A DNA stretch of 64,000 bases, from NCBI GenBank assembly GCA_965262115.1, contig OZ253496.1, forward strand, positions 736,001 through 800,000, given 5' to 3'. Under the pieces are notes generated by a model. It was not told the DNA's origin, made no database searches, and was given only the letters and a program-made list of their open reading frames with translations. Shown in pieces: positions 30,293-39,479 of this stretch; within the stretch, counting starts at the first letter, position 1; each line of letters starts with the position of its first letter. Source of the DNA: Nitrospinales bacterium. GTDB lineage: Bacteria > Nitrospinota > Nitrospinia > Nitrospinales > VA-1. The translations under genes and the position numbers were made by a program.

Positions 30293-32646
30293 AATATGAC
30301 CGGGCTGGGCTCAGATAATTTGTTTTGCAGAAAATCATACCATGCTTTGGCGCTTTGTAGACTTTTTAGTTTATTCAGAAAAATCGCACTACTACCCTTC
30401 ACTTTTCCACGTTTTACCCCGTCGGTTATGCCAATTATATATTGGTTTGTCTTATCGTTTTGACTGAATCTGTCTAATCTACCCAGCCGTTGCAAGAAGT
30501 TCTCCGCATGGGTCATTTCGGTAACCATTCTATCGCAAGTGATATTGAGTGCAGCTTGTACGACAGGGCTACTTCGCAATACATCATAGTCTCTACTGCC
30601 GTTTTCCTTAAAAGCATTAAATGCTTTTTTAAACCATTCTGCTCTGTCTGTTTTTGTAAATCTTGAGTGAAGTAAAATACCGTTTTCTTTATTCTGATTA
30701 TCAATAAAGCTTTTTTGGGCGGTAATCGCAGTATTACTGATAACAAAAGTATTGGCAGGTTGTTGCTTAAACAGTGGGTTGTTGTCATCTTCCGATTCTT
30801 CATTATAGCCAGCAAACTTGATATGATATTTACTCTGATTAAAGCTTTTTATATTAACAATATCCTGTTCTTTGAGTCGCAAGAAGTCAGTCACAAACAG
30901 CGGATTAGGTGTCGCTGATACTAAAAGTGTATTCGGCGATGTGTTATCTTCATCTTGTTGATACTTTTTGCACTCCACTAATTCCGCAAACAGCAAGTTG
31001 AATGCGGGCATGTTAATATATTCGTGGTATTCGTCAAACACCACATGGGCATTCATAAAATCCACCAGAGTGGTGACATTACGATGAGTGGTGATTGAGT
31101 TTACAATCTGATCAATGGTAGTAATGACGAGATCGCCTGAAAACTCTTTTCCTTCGAGTGTGCTAGTAGAGGCTCCAGATTCCAGAGTTTGCTTGATTTC
31201 ACCAGTGCAGATTTCAACTTTTGCGTTGGACAAGTACTCACTTGACGATAAGTCATTGAACAACCCTTCACATATTTGCACCCTTGGACACACCCAGAAT
31301 ATTCTTTTTGCCTCGGTATTTAACGCCCACTCCAGGGCTATCTTAGTTTTGCCACACCCTGCTGGGCCTCGTAATACGCCAATGGTTACTTCTTCATCTG
31401 CTAACTTATTTGCAACAATGGATTGTTCTTCGTTTCTTTCAACATCCGGGTTATTTTGATTAAAGCCGTCCAAGCATTGCTGTATGTGTAGTTTCAGTCC
31501 CCGATCTTTACGAAAAGCCTTATCAAGCATTTCGTCTAATGAATGATTGTTGATGTGTTCGTCAAGCGTGTCACCAGTGATTTGAGAAACTAGCCTGTCG
31601 GTAGTAATCAATGCCGAACGAGCCAGGTTATTTTTTGCGTTGTGTTTTATATTGTTTTCATACTGACCTACAGATTCCTTAGTTGAATAGCGTTTGTATT
31701 CAGGCAGTTTAACTTCTTCAAGAGCGTCTTCAATATCATCAAATCCCGGTCTCTTCAGGCTACCAATATCTACTGGCACTTCTTCGTCTTCCTGAAAGTA
31801 TTCATTTGCAATACCATTTAAAGATTTCAGTGTAGCTACAGCTGATACGGTCAGTTTTGAGTAGTTTTGTTTCAGATTGTCCAACTTATTGAAAATCCCT
31901 ATCATTTTCTTGATTTCATTCTTTTTATCCCTGAGTGGTTTGGCATGATGCCAATAGATAGCGTGTTTAGCTCTCTCTAGTGAATCTGAATTCACTCCTT
32001 TTTCATCGAATAATAAATGAAACAACAGCAATGAAATTTCATTATGCCGAGGATGCTTTTCCCATGAAAACTTGCCAGTTTTTACATCTATGTGTTGACC
32101 ATCATCTGGCACATCTTCAAAATTTTTCTTCTTTAACAACTTAGCTAACCAATCTTGAAATCCAGAATCAATTTTTCCGATATCATGCCAGCAACCCGCA
32201 ATGAAAACAGATTCAGCGAGATTGTCATCACCGGGCACTAATTTTCGTGTAATCCTATAAGCCAAATACCCCGCCGCAAACAAATGCTGATCCAGCCTTT
32301 GACCCTTGGTATTTGCATAATATTGGTCTGTCATAATTTCTATCTCTCCGATAATTATTCGATTATTTGTGTGATTCACTGGCACCACGCCCTGCTCATC
32401 AAACTTATCTTTGTTCCCCACCACCCAAAGAAACTGCGAGCGGCTGCGGCTTCTGATCCAATGACAACTCACTGCGGTATTTTTTGAAGCGGTTTTTCTC
32501 AGCAGTTTTTTTACTGCACCCAACCCCTCACTGGTAATAACGGTTTGCCAGGTGTTGTCACCAATACGGTTGGCGAAGCTGTCCAGTACCCGCCGGGTTC
32601 GGTTAAGGGCTTTTTTCTCGCATTGTGAAACAAAGGTGACCATCAT
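30268..32646 (-). CDS. cas3: Type I-F Cas2-Cas3 fusion, C-terminally truncated and running into the first repeat
   Basis: Cas2 domain (VSQCEKKAL..RIGDNTWQT..TAVSCHWIR), HD motif WHDIGK, Walker A GPAGCGKT, DEYH, SAT, QRLGRLDR. Last residues FTAAQAA* are encoded by the repeat. Confidence 0.92.
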   Translation of the reverse strand: MMVTFVSQCEKKALNRTRRVLDSFANRIGDNTWQTVITSEGLGAVKKLLRKTASKNTAVSCHWIRSRSRSQFLWVVGNKDKFDEQGVVPVNHTNNRIIIGEIEIMTDQYYANTKGQRLDQHLFAAGYLAYRITRKLVPGDDNLAESVFIAGCWHDIGKIDSGFQDWLAKLLKKKNFEDVPDDGQHIDVKTGKFSWEKHPRHNEISLLLFHLLFDEKGVNSDSLERAKHAIYWHHAKPLRDKKNEIKKMIGIFNKLDNLKQNYSKLTVSAVATLKSLNGIANEYFQEDEEVPVDIGSLKRPGFDDIEDALEEVKLPEYKRYSTKESVGQYENNIKHNAKNNLARSALITTDRLVSQITGDTLDEHINNHSLDEMLDKAFRKDRGLKLHIQQCLDGFNQNNPDVERNEEQSIVANKLADEEVTIGVLRGPAGCGKTKIALEWALNTEAKRIFWVCPRVQICEGLFNDLSSSEYLSNAKVEICTGEIKQTLESGASTSTLEGKEFSGDLVITTIDQIVNSITTHRNVTTLVDFMNAHVVFDEYHEYINMPAFNLLFAELVECKKYQQDEDNTSPNTLLVSATPNPLFVTDFLRLKEQDIVNIKSFNQSKYHIKFAGYNEESEDDNNPLFKQQPANTFVISNTAITAQKSFIDNQNKENGILLHSRFTKTDRAEWFKKAFNAFKENGSRDYDVLRSSPVVQAALNITCDRMVTEMTHAENFLQRLGRLDRFSQNDKTNQYIIGITDGVKRGKVKGSSAIFLNKLKSLQSAKAWYDFLQNKLSEPSPVILFTAAQAA

Positions 32647-33605
32647 GCGGCTTCACCTTTGTTTTTGTGATGCTGTAAGGCAATGGCTTTCACCTGCTCA
32701 AACATAAAATCCAATGCTTTGTGATCGGTAAACGCTTGCAGGCATTGCTCGCGAAATTCCTGTTCGGTAGCACCTTCCTTGGCACAGATAAATGACCAGG
32801 GCAGTACCAGCGTGTCTTTTATTAAATCTGCCACATCGAACACCAGTGCGCCACGGCGGGTTTTCCCGTGCATGACGGCGAAGCCGTGGGGGATGCCCAG
32901 CACCCATAGCGTGGTTGCGGCCAACCCATAAGCCAGGTAGTTGCCGTGGTTCAAAAAAGCATTGGCAATATCGACTGATTCTCTTTCACGCACAAAATCG
33001 CCATGCTTGGTTCTGCCGGCGGCTATTTTGTAAAGCCGTTTGGTGAGGTCGGCTTCAATTTGGAATAACTTGCTGACTTTTTGCGCCTGTTCGATTTTGG
33101 AGCCGGTATTATTTAGCACAGACGTTATATCTTCATCATGACTATTAAATCCCGCGTCCATCAAGTCGCGGTCTTTTGACCAGATCGTTTGCATAAACTG
33201 AATACGTGCCGTTTGAAATTGCCTGGCCGCCGCCAGACGTTTTTGCTCGTCAAACCAGAAGTTCATCCAGCCCTGGACATACTCGGTAGGGCGATATTCG
33301 CTTTGCGGTGACAGCCATTCGATCTCGGTGGCCATGAGCAGTGGCGTACCGCCGCCGCCACAGAAGCCGACCAGCACGCCGGCCTGAGCCAGCATACGCA
33401 TGGCGGCCTGGGTGATGGAGGTGCCGGTTCCCAATAGCAAGCAGGTGGTATTGGCTATCGGAATATTCCAGTACTGGTTTTCGTTTTTGGCTTCCGTGAG
33501 ATACAGTACGCGTCCATCTTTCTGCATCACCCGGCATTTTTCCAGGTAATAGATATTGGCGCGCTTGGAATGCAGGATGGCTTTGAGGTCGGTGAGTTGT
33601 TCCAT
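32643..33605 (-). CDS. cas1: Type I-F Cas1
   Basis: ILHSKRANIYYLE, YWNIPIANT, QSEYRPTEY, HGNYLAYGLAA, HGKTRRGALVFDVAD. Confidence 0.97.
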   Translation of the reverse strand: MEQLTDLKAILHSKRANIYYLEKCRVMQKDGRVLYLTEAKNENQYWNIPIANTTCLLLGTGTSITQAAMRMLAQAGVLVGFCGGGGTPLLMATEIEWLSPQSEYRPTEYVQGWMNFWFDEQKRLAAARQFQTARIQFMQTIWSKDRDLMDAGFNSHDEDITSVLNNTGSKIEQAQKVSKLFQIEADLTKRLYKIAAGRTKHGDFVRERESVDIANAFLNHGNYLAYGLAATTLWVLGIPHGFAVMHGKTRRGALVFDVADLIKDTLVLPWSFICAKEGATEQEFREQCLQAFTDHKALDFMFEQVKAIALQHHKNKGEAA

Positions 33606-33898
33606 GTTTTTTTCTAAAATGATCTGTGCATGTCCTGTTTTTTTTATGGATTTTTCCAGCTTCTAATTTATACCATATCTGTTTTATAGCCCTAACACCA
33701 TACTCATCTGGCGAGGTCGTGGAAGCGCGTAAGAAGGCAGTATATTATTGGAAAATACCGCATGGAAACAACTCCACCGGGGCAATCGGCTTAAAAAGGT
33801 TTGCATCTTGAAAACAAATTCGGAGAATGCTATAATGGGCGAGAATCAAAATATAAAGTCCGCCTGGAATCTGGATACCTAGAAGAAAAAGGAGGAGA

Positions 33899-34198
33899 AT
33901 GAAGTTAATTTTAATGATTTTTGCAGTTTCTTTTCTAACCTCTTGCGCCTCCTCCAATGGCGTTGTTTTGCCAGAAGTAATTCCCGTGGCCTAAAAAATC
34001 TTTACAGTCAATGATAAAGGGACCTTAGAAATTATAGGCCAGGACATGATAGCCCAGCCCAAACACTGGCTATATGTCCAATGCGATCACTGGCGCGGCT
34101 GTTATATGCGTTGCCAGGGAAAAATAAATTCCTGCAAAAAGGTAACTACGAATTTCAAGCTTGATGTAGATTATATTTTTTCTCAAGCTGGATCGTAG
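33899..34198 (+). pseudogene. Small Cys-containing lipoprotein with an in-frame TAA
   Basis: AAGGAGG RBS, MKLILMIFAVSFLTSC lipobox, TAA at 33992-33994, frame then open to TAG at 34196-34198 (QCDHWRGCYMRC..SC). Confidence 0.7.
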
Positions 34199-34267
34199 AA
34201 ATAGCCAACATTTTATTAGCCTGTTTCTTTTTAGCTCCATCCAACATCGGCAACTTTAAATTCCCTT

Positions 34268-34296
34268 TTGACAATAGTTCAAAACTCGTTCATGAT
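34268..34296 (+). promoter_or_regulatory. Sigma70-type promoter
   Basis: TTGACA-17 bp-CATGAT. Confidence 0.65.
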
Positions 34297-34299
34297 TTG

Positions 34300-34485
34300 G
34301 GATGCGGGTTGCGTGGCGGGTTTAACGGGGAAGCCCATGGTGCCATATGTCAATTCCCTGAGAAGGAGGTGATCCCATGCTATCTGACAGTATCCGGGGA
34401 GCTTCTGGAGTAATTTGTTAACCCAAGATTAACGGAAGCTCCTGTGTTTTTAAAACGCCCCGCTTTGAAAGCGGGGCGTTTTTTT
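34300..34485 (+). ncRNA. Candidate small RNA or mini-ORF transcript with an extended Shine-Dalgarno
   Basis: Bounded by promoter and terminator. AAGGAGGTGATCC at 34363-34375, ORF MLSDSIRGASGVIC at 34377-34421, GGAGCTTC/GAAGCTCC stem. Confidence 0.55.
34452..34485 (+). terminator. Rho-independent terminator
   Basis: AAAACGCCCCGCTTT/AAAGCGGGGCGTTTTTTT. Confidence 0.9.
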
Positions 34486-34689
34486 ATACTTCTTTAAAGA
34501 ATTAATTCGAACCACTTTTCATAAAAACTCATCATCCATATTAAGTTCTCCCTCGCAATTATTTTACCTTGTGCAACCAAAGACATTACAAAAATCATAA
34601 TTAATAATCACGCCTTAGAGTTTAATATTCCTTAAACCCTTGAAATATGATATTTTCAGCATCAGAAATGATTTCAAGGGAAATAACGA

Positions 34690-35772
34690 ATGGTGGATTT
34701 CAAACAATTGCTAGCCCAAGAAAACACATATATAATTCAGGCATTTCTGGTCATGTTCGCGGCATTGCTTGTGGATTTGTGCCAGAAGAAAATTTTTAGA
34801 ACCTTATTAAAAAAGGCGGAACACACCCGGAACAAATGGGATGATGCCTTCCTGCTATCCCTTCCCCGTCCACTAAGTCTCATCGTCTGGATAACGGGCA
34901 TCGCCTTCGCCGGCGAAATCATCCAAAAGGCCACCGGAGCCGTGATTCTGGAAGTCTTCACGCCCTTACGCGATACAACCATTGTTGCCGCCCTGGCCTG
35001 GTTTTTAATTCTTTCCATCCGCAATGCTGAAGCAAGCTATCTGACCTCCGACAAAGATATCGACCCAACCACCCTGGATGCCATATCAAAGCTGGCTCGC
35101 ATATCTGTCGCCATCACAGCCATCTTGATGATGCTGCAAACACTCGGGCTCAGCATTTCCGGCGTCCTGGCTTTTGGGGGTGTCGGCGGTATAGCCGTGG
35201 GCTTTGCGGCCAAAGACCTGCTGTCAAATTTCTTCGGAGGACTCTTTATATATATGGACCGGCCTTTCGCAGTGGGAGACTGGATCCGCTCTCCGGATCG
35301 GGAAATTGAAGGGGTTGTCGAGAAAATTGGCTGGAGGGTCACTATAATAAGAACCTTCGACAAGCGACCGCTGTATGTTCCCAATGCTATTTTTTCGCAA
35401 ATCGCGGTGGAAAATCCTTCCCGCATGCAGAACCGGAGAATCAAGGAAACCATCGGAATTCGTTATGACGATGCGGACAAAATGGAAACGATCACGAGTC
35501 AGGTTGAAAAAATGTTACAAGATCATCCTGAAATTGACGCCAATAAAACCTTGATGGTCAACTTCAATAGTTTTGCCTCTTCCTCGCTTGACTTTTTCAT
35601 CTACACTTTCACCAGAACGACAAATTGGGAAAAATATCACACCATCAAACAGGACATTCTTTTAAAGATTTTGAAAATTGTTGAATACAATGGAGCAGAA
35701 ACGGCATTCCCCACTTCAACCATTCACTTGGCCCAACAGGAAGCAATGAAAAACCCAGAAGCTCAACACTGA
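34690..35772 (+). CDS. MscS-family mechanosensitive channel
   Basis: GGVGGIAVGFAAKDLLSNFFGG, RPFAVGDWI, IGWRVT, AFPT. Confidence 0.94.
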   Translation: MVDFKQLLAQENTYIIQAFLVMFAALLVDLCQKKIFRTLLKKAEHTRNKWDDAFLLSLPRPLSLIVWITGIAFAGEIIQKATGAVILEVFTPLRDTTIVAALAWFLILSIRNAEASYLTSDKDIDPTTLDAISKLARISVAITAILMMLQTLGLSISGVLAFGGVGGIAVGFAAKDLLSNFFGGLFIYMDRPFAVGDWIRSPDREIEGVVEKIGWRVTIIRTFDKRPLYVPNAIFSQIAVENPSRMQNRRIKETIGIRYDDADKMETITSQVEKMLQDHPEIDANKTLMVNFNSFASSSLDFFIYTFTRTTNWEKYHTIKQDILLKILKIVEYNGAETAFPTSTIHLAQQEAMKNPEAQH

Positions 35773-35779
35773 TTTTTGT

Positions 35780-36877
35780 ATGAACCCACGCTATTTTTTC
35801 CTAAAAACCCCAGTACTTCTTTGTTTAACCGCAATACTTCCATTGCTACTTATGAGTTGCGCAAACCTGGGCCCAACAACTTTGAAAAGCGAAAGAAGCA
35901 ACTACAACATGGCGGTGCAAAGAACTAACGACGAACAACTTTTGCTCAACCTGGTCCGGCTCAAATACCGGGACACACCTTTTTTCATGGAAGTGAGCAG
36001 TGTGGCATCCCAATTCACCCTGTCGACCAGCGCCAATGCCAGTGCCACTTTGCAGGAAGGCGTCAAAGGACTGTTTGGTTTAGGGGGAAGTGTGGGATTG
36101 ACTGAAAGGCCAACCGTGACCTATTCTCCTCTACAGGGAGACCAATTTATCCAGCGTGTGCTATCTCCCCTTCCCCTGCAGACTATCGTTCTTCTATTTC
36201 ATTCCGGCTGGAGCATTGAGAGAATTTTCCGGTTATGTTTTCAACGGATGAACCATCTCAAAAATGCTCCGGGTGCATCGGGGCCCACCCCCAGCCTTGC
36301 CCCAAAATTCAAGGAATTCAATTCTGCAATAAAACTTTTAAGAGAGTTGCAAGTTCAAGATGCCATAAACTTTTCTTATCGTGAGGTGAATGGAGTGCCT
36401 CAATTGATTCTGCATATAAATGAAGAGTATAGAAAGCGGGAGGAGGCAAAACAGTTTGCCCTTGCTATGAATATCCAACCTGGGAGAGCCCAATATGTAC
36501 TGACTTCTTCCTACAGAGAGAGAGACCAGATCGGGGTCGTCACCCGTTCCCTTCTGGGTATCATGTTCTATATTTCCCAGGCGGTAGAAGTCCCAAGAGA
36601 AGATGTTTTGAAAGGCAAGGTCACTCAGACCAAAACACCCGATGGAAATGCTTTTGACTGGAAGGAAGTGACGGGCGATCTGTTGAGGATTCGTTCTCGT
36701 TCTGAAAACCCCCAAGCCGGATTCATGACTATTTTCTACCGCAGAACCTGGTTTTATATTGACGATTCGGATTTATCCTCCAAATCCACATTCTCTCTTC
36801 TGGCTCAGATTTTTTCATTGCAAGCAGGCAAGATTACAAATAACGCCCCACTCCTCACACTTCCCGTAGGCCAATAA
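35780..36877 (+). CDS. Hypothetical lipoprotein
   Basis: LMSC lipobox; QLLLNLVRLKYRD, PTVTYSPLQG, WFYIDDSD. Confidence 0.8.
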   Translation: MNPRYFFLKTPVLLCLTAILPLLLMSCANLGPTTLKSERSNYNMAVQRTNDEQLLLNLVRLKYRDTPFFMEVSSVASQFTLSTSANASATLQEGVKGLFGLGGSVGLTERPTVTYSPLQGDQFIQRVLSPLPLQTIVLLFHSGWSIERIFRLCFQRMNHLKNAPGASGPTPSLAPKFKEFNSAIKLLRELQVQDAINFSYREVNGVPQLILHINEEYRKREEAKQFALAMNIQPGRAQYVLTSSYRERDQIGVVTRSLLGIMFYISQAVEVPREDVLKGKVTQTKTPDGNAFDWKEVTGDLLRIRSRSENPQAGFMTIFYRRTWFYIDDSDLSSKSTFSLLAQIFSLQAGKITNNAPLLTLPVGQ

Positions 36878-36915
36878 AACCAAACCTCTTTTTGCTCTGC
36901 TGATATTTTTTTAAA

Positions 36916-37419
36916 TCAGGTGGAAAGTTCGATCCTTTTGTTCAAAGCATTTCGTCTGCTGACCAGCCGGTCCAGAAACAGCTTTCCATCCAAATGGTCA
37001 ATCTCGTGCTGAACCGCGCGGGCTTCATAACCCGACATGCGAAACTGACGCTTCTCACCATTTTCATTCCAAGCTTCCAGGACGATAGATTTTGCCCTCT
37101 CTACTTTGCCGGTATAGTCCGGCACCGAGAGGCAACCCTCCCTTCCTAAACTGTTTGCCTCACTAAACGTGATTTTTGGGTTTATCAAGACCAAAAACCC
37201 ATGATTCTCATGCTGAGGCTTATGGGAAATATCCACAAGAACAATTCTTTCAAATTTACCCACCTGCGGAGCCGCAATCCCTACGCATCCGGGAAAAGAA
37301 CGAAAGGTTTCTTCAAGATCCCGGATAAACTTCCTTATATCTTCAGAAAATTCTTTCACAGGCTGGGAGATTTGCTTCAGCCTTTTATCCGGATAAATCA
37401 GAACATTCAGGAGGGCCAT
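36916..37419 (-). CDS. def: Peptide deformylase
   Basis: GIAAPQVG, EGCLS, QHEIDHLDG. Confidence 0.96.
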   Translation of the reverse strand: MALLNVLIYPDKRLKQISQPVKEFSEDIRKFIRDLEETFRSFPGCVGIAAPQVGKFERIVLVDISHKPQHENHGFLVLINPKITFSEANSLGREGCLSVPDYTGKVERAKSIVLEAWNENGEKRQFRMSGYEARAVQHEIDHLDGKLFLDRLVSRRNALNKRIELST

Positions 37420-37425
37420 GGGGCT

Positions 37426-37950
37426 CTATCCCACCATGGTATCGATGGGAGTCATACGGGCCACCACATCATTTTCGCGGGCCAGTTTTTGCAGGGCCTT
37501 ATCCACAGCTTCCAAACCTTTCCCGGCAACCCCTTCGATATGCATGACATAAACAGGGCTGTCCGGATTGCCTCCTACATCCGACTCAAGATTGAGGATA
37601 TTTAACCCGGCTTTGTTCAACGCGTCGGTGGCACGAGCAACGATACCGGCCTGATCTGCACCGTGAATACTGATTCGCACATCTGGTTCGATATGCTGGT
37701 GTAGACCAGCATCTATCTCATCCAGATGAAAAAACAATTCCAACTTATCGCATACCGGTCGAAGCTTTTCCTGTACAGCGGATTTCTTTCCCGGAATGCA
37801 AACCATAAGCATGATGGTGAAGTTACCACCAAGGCGGGTCATTGATGCTTCCCCCAGGTTTCCCTTAAGATCAAACAAAGCATGGGTGATTTCGGCAACG
37901 ATTCCGGGTCGGTCTTTACCTACCAATGTCAGCATCAACCAGTTTTCCAT
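37426..37950 (-). CDS. Tandem ACT-domain protein (GcvR-like)
   Basis: LVGKDRPGIVA and IHGADQAGIVA ACT motifs. Confidence 0.88.
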   Translation of the reverse strand: MENWLMLTLVGKDRPGIVAEITHALFDLKGNLGEASMTRLGGNFTIMLMVCIPGKKSAVQEKLRPVCDKLELFFHLDEIDAGLHQHIEPDVRISIHGADQAGIVARATDALNKAGLNILNLESDVGGNPDSPVYVMHIEGVAGKGLEAVDKALQKLARENDVVARMTPIDTMVG

Positions 37951-37968
37951 CTCAATATCTCCCATTGA

Positions 37969-38226
37969 TTAAGCTTTCTGAGCCAGCCACTGTTGAAACA
38001 ACGCCAGGGCTTCTTTATAACGGCTCGCAACAAACCGTTTGTCTGTGGGGGGTTCCAAGCCATTATCATTTGAAATCACAATATACTTTTCGGTGATACT
38101 TTCATTTTGCATAAAAATCGAAGCACCGGTTCCCATCACATAACCCGTGCCGCGGAAAAGTTCTTCATGAATCGCTTTGGGATTATTGGAAACGGACAGG
38201 CCGTCTTTATTGATTAGATCAGTCAT
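37969..38226 (-). CDS. Hypothetical protein
   Basis: 85 aa ORF in the operon; a decayed homolog at ~49700-49790 supports it. Confidence 0.7.
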   Translation of the reverse strand: MTDLINKDGLSVSNNPKAIHEELFRGTGYVMGTGASIFMQNESITEKYIVISNDNGLEPPTDKRFVASRYKEALALFQQWLAQKA

Positions 38227-38264
38227 ATTAAAAAAAATCTTCCTGCATTTCAGAACATTACATT

Positions 38265-39377
38265 CTAATACGCGCCACCCACCTGCAATTCCTCAACCTT
38301 CTCATAGAGTGTGTCCCGTTCTACAGGTTTTCTCCCGGATTCTGTGATCATGTGAATGATCTGATCCTTGTGAAAAACCTGATCCGTTGCCGCTCCAGCG
38401 GCATGAATGATCTTCTCTTCAACAACTGTTCCATCCATATCATCGGCGCCAAAAGATTGGGCAAGCTGGGCAATTTTAGGCGTGATCATAATCCAGAATG
38501 CTTTCACATGCGGGAAATTATCCAGCATCAATCTCGAAACCGCCAGAGCTCTGAGATCCAACTGCCCCGGCGTGGTTTTCAAAAAATCCAACACGGTGTT
38601 TTCCGGATGAAACGCTAACGGAATAAACGTGACAAAGCCATGAGTCTGATCCTGTAATTCCCTGAGCTGCACCAGATGATCCGATCTTTCTTCCGCAGTT
38701 TCCAAATGCCCATAAAGCATGGTCGCGTTACTTTTTAACCCAACAAAATGGGCTATTTCATGAACCTGCAACCACTCTTCACCCGTAATCTTGTCCCCGC
38801 AAATTTTTCGGCGCACCCGTTTCGCGAAAACTTCCGCGCCGCCGCCCGGAATGGACCCTAAACCGGCCGCCTTTAAAACTTCCAGCGTTTCTTTTAAAGG
38901 AAGATTCCCCAGGCGAGAAAGGTATTCCACCTCCACTGCTGTATAGGCCTGGATATGAACCAACGGAAAGCGTTCTTTCAACCCCTTCAACAGGTCGAGA
39001 TAATATCCAAACGGATAATCCGGGTGAAGGCCACCAACGATATGAAATTCACTGACCTCTCCCCCGTTATATTTTTCAGCATCCGAAAAAATTTCTTCCA
39101 GTGACTTTTCATAAGCGTGAGGATGATCGGCCTTGACGCCAAAGGCGCAAAACTGGCAACTCAAAACACAAACATTTGTCGGGTTAATATGCCGATTGTG
39201 AATGAAGTAGGTCTTGTCACCATTCAACCTTTCCCGCACTATGTTGGCCATAAACCCCACGCCCAGCAGGTCATGGGTTTTCCAAAGGATCACCCCATCT
39301 TCATAAGAAAGACGGGTCCCTGTCATTACTTTTTCATAAATGGGTTGCAACGTCGAATCTTCAAATTCAAAAAGCAT
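38265..39377 (-). CDS. mqnE: Aminofutalosine synthase MqnE (radical SAM)
   Basis: NRHINPTNVCVLSCQFCAF, IPGGGAE, SNATMLYGH, FIPLAFHPEN, DGTVVEEKIIH. Confidence 0.9.
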   Translation of the reverse strand: MLFEFEDSTLQPIYEKVMTGTRLSYEDGVILWKTHDLLGVGFMANIVRERLNGDKTYFIHNRHINPTNVCVLSCQFCAFGVKADHPHAYEKSLEEIFSDAEKYNGGEVSEFHIVGGLHPDYPFGYYLDLLKGLKERFPLVHIQAYTAVEVEYLSRLGNLPLKETLEVLKAAGLGSIPGGGAEVFAKRVRRKICGDKITGEEWLQVHEIAHFVGLKSNATMLYGHLETAEERSDHLVQLRELQDQTHGFVTFIPLAFHPENTVLDFLKTTPGQLDLRALAVSRLMLDNFPHVKAFWIMITPKIAQLAQSFGADDMDGTVVEEKIIHAAGAATDQVFHKDQIIHMITESGRKPVERDTLYEKVEELQVGGAY

Positions 39378-39479
39378 CTCGTAAAACTCCAATAATCAAA
39401 AAATTAGGAACCGTATATTATAACCTATCCCTCTCCCGAATGGTTATAGCAAGGTTCATGCCCAACCCGCCAAAAAAAT

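Noticed and set aside
29605..33605. CRISPR-associated transposon (I-F3)
   Set aside because: No tnsABC or tniQ; such systems keep Cascade and lack cas3, the opposite of this locus.
33992..33994. Programmed readthrough or recoding at in-frame stops
   Set aside because: TAA/TAG with no recoding signal or machinery seen; core genes use the standard code.
33606..34260. attR copy of the tRNA-Arg 3' end or an integrase
   Set aside because: Neither seen, so the island's right boundary is undefined.
34300..34485. 6S RNA or a 16S rRNA fragment
   Set aside because: 5' and 3' ends do not pair into one long rod, and the 16S match is limited to 13 nt in antisense orientation.
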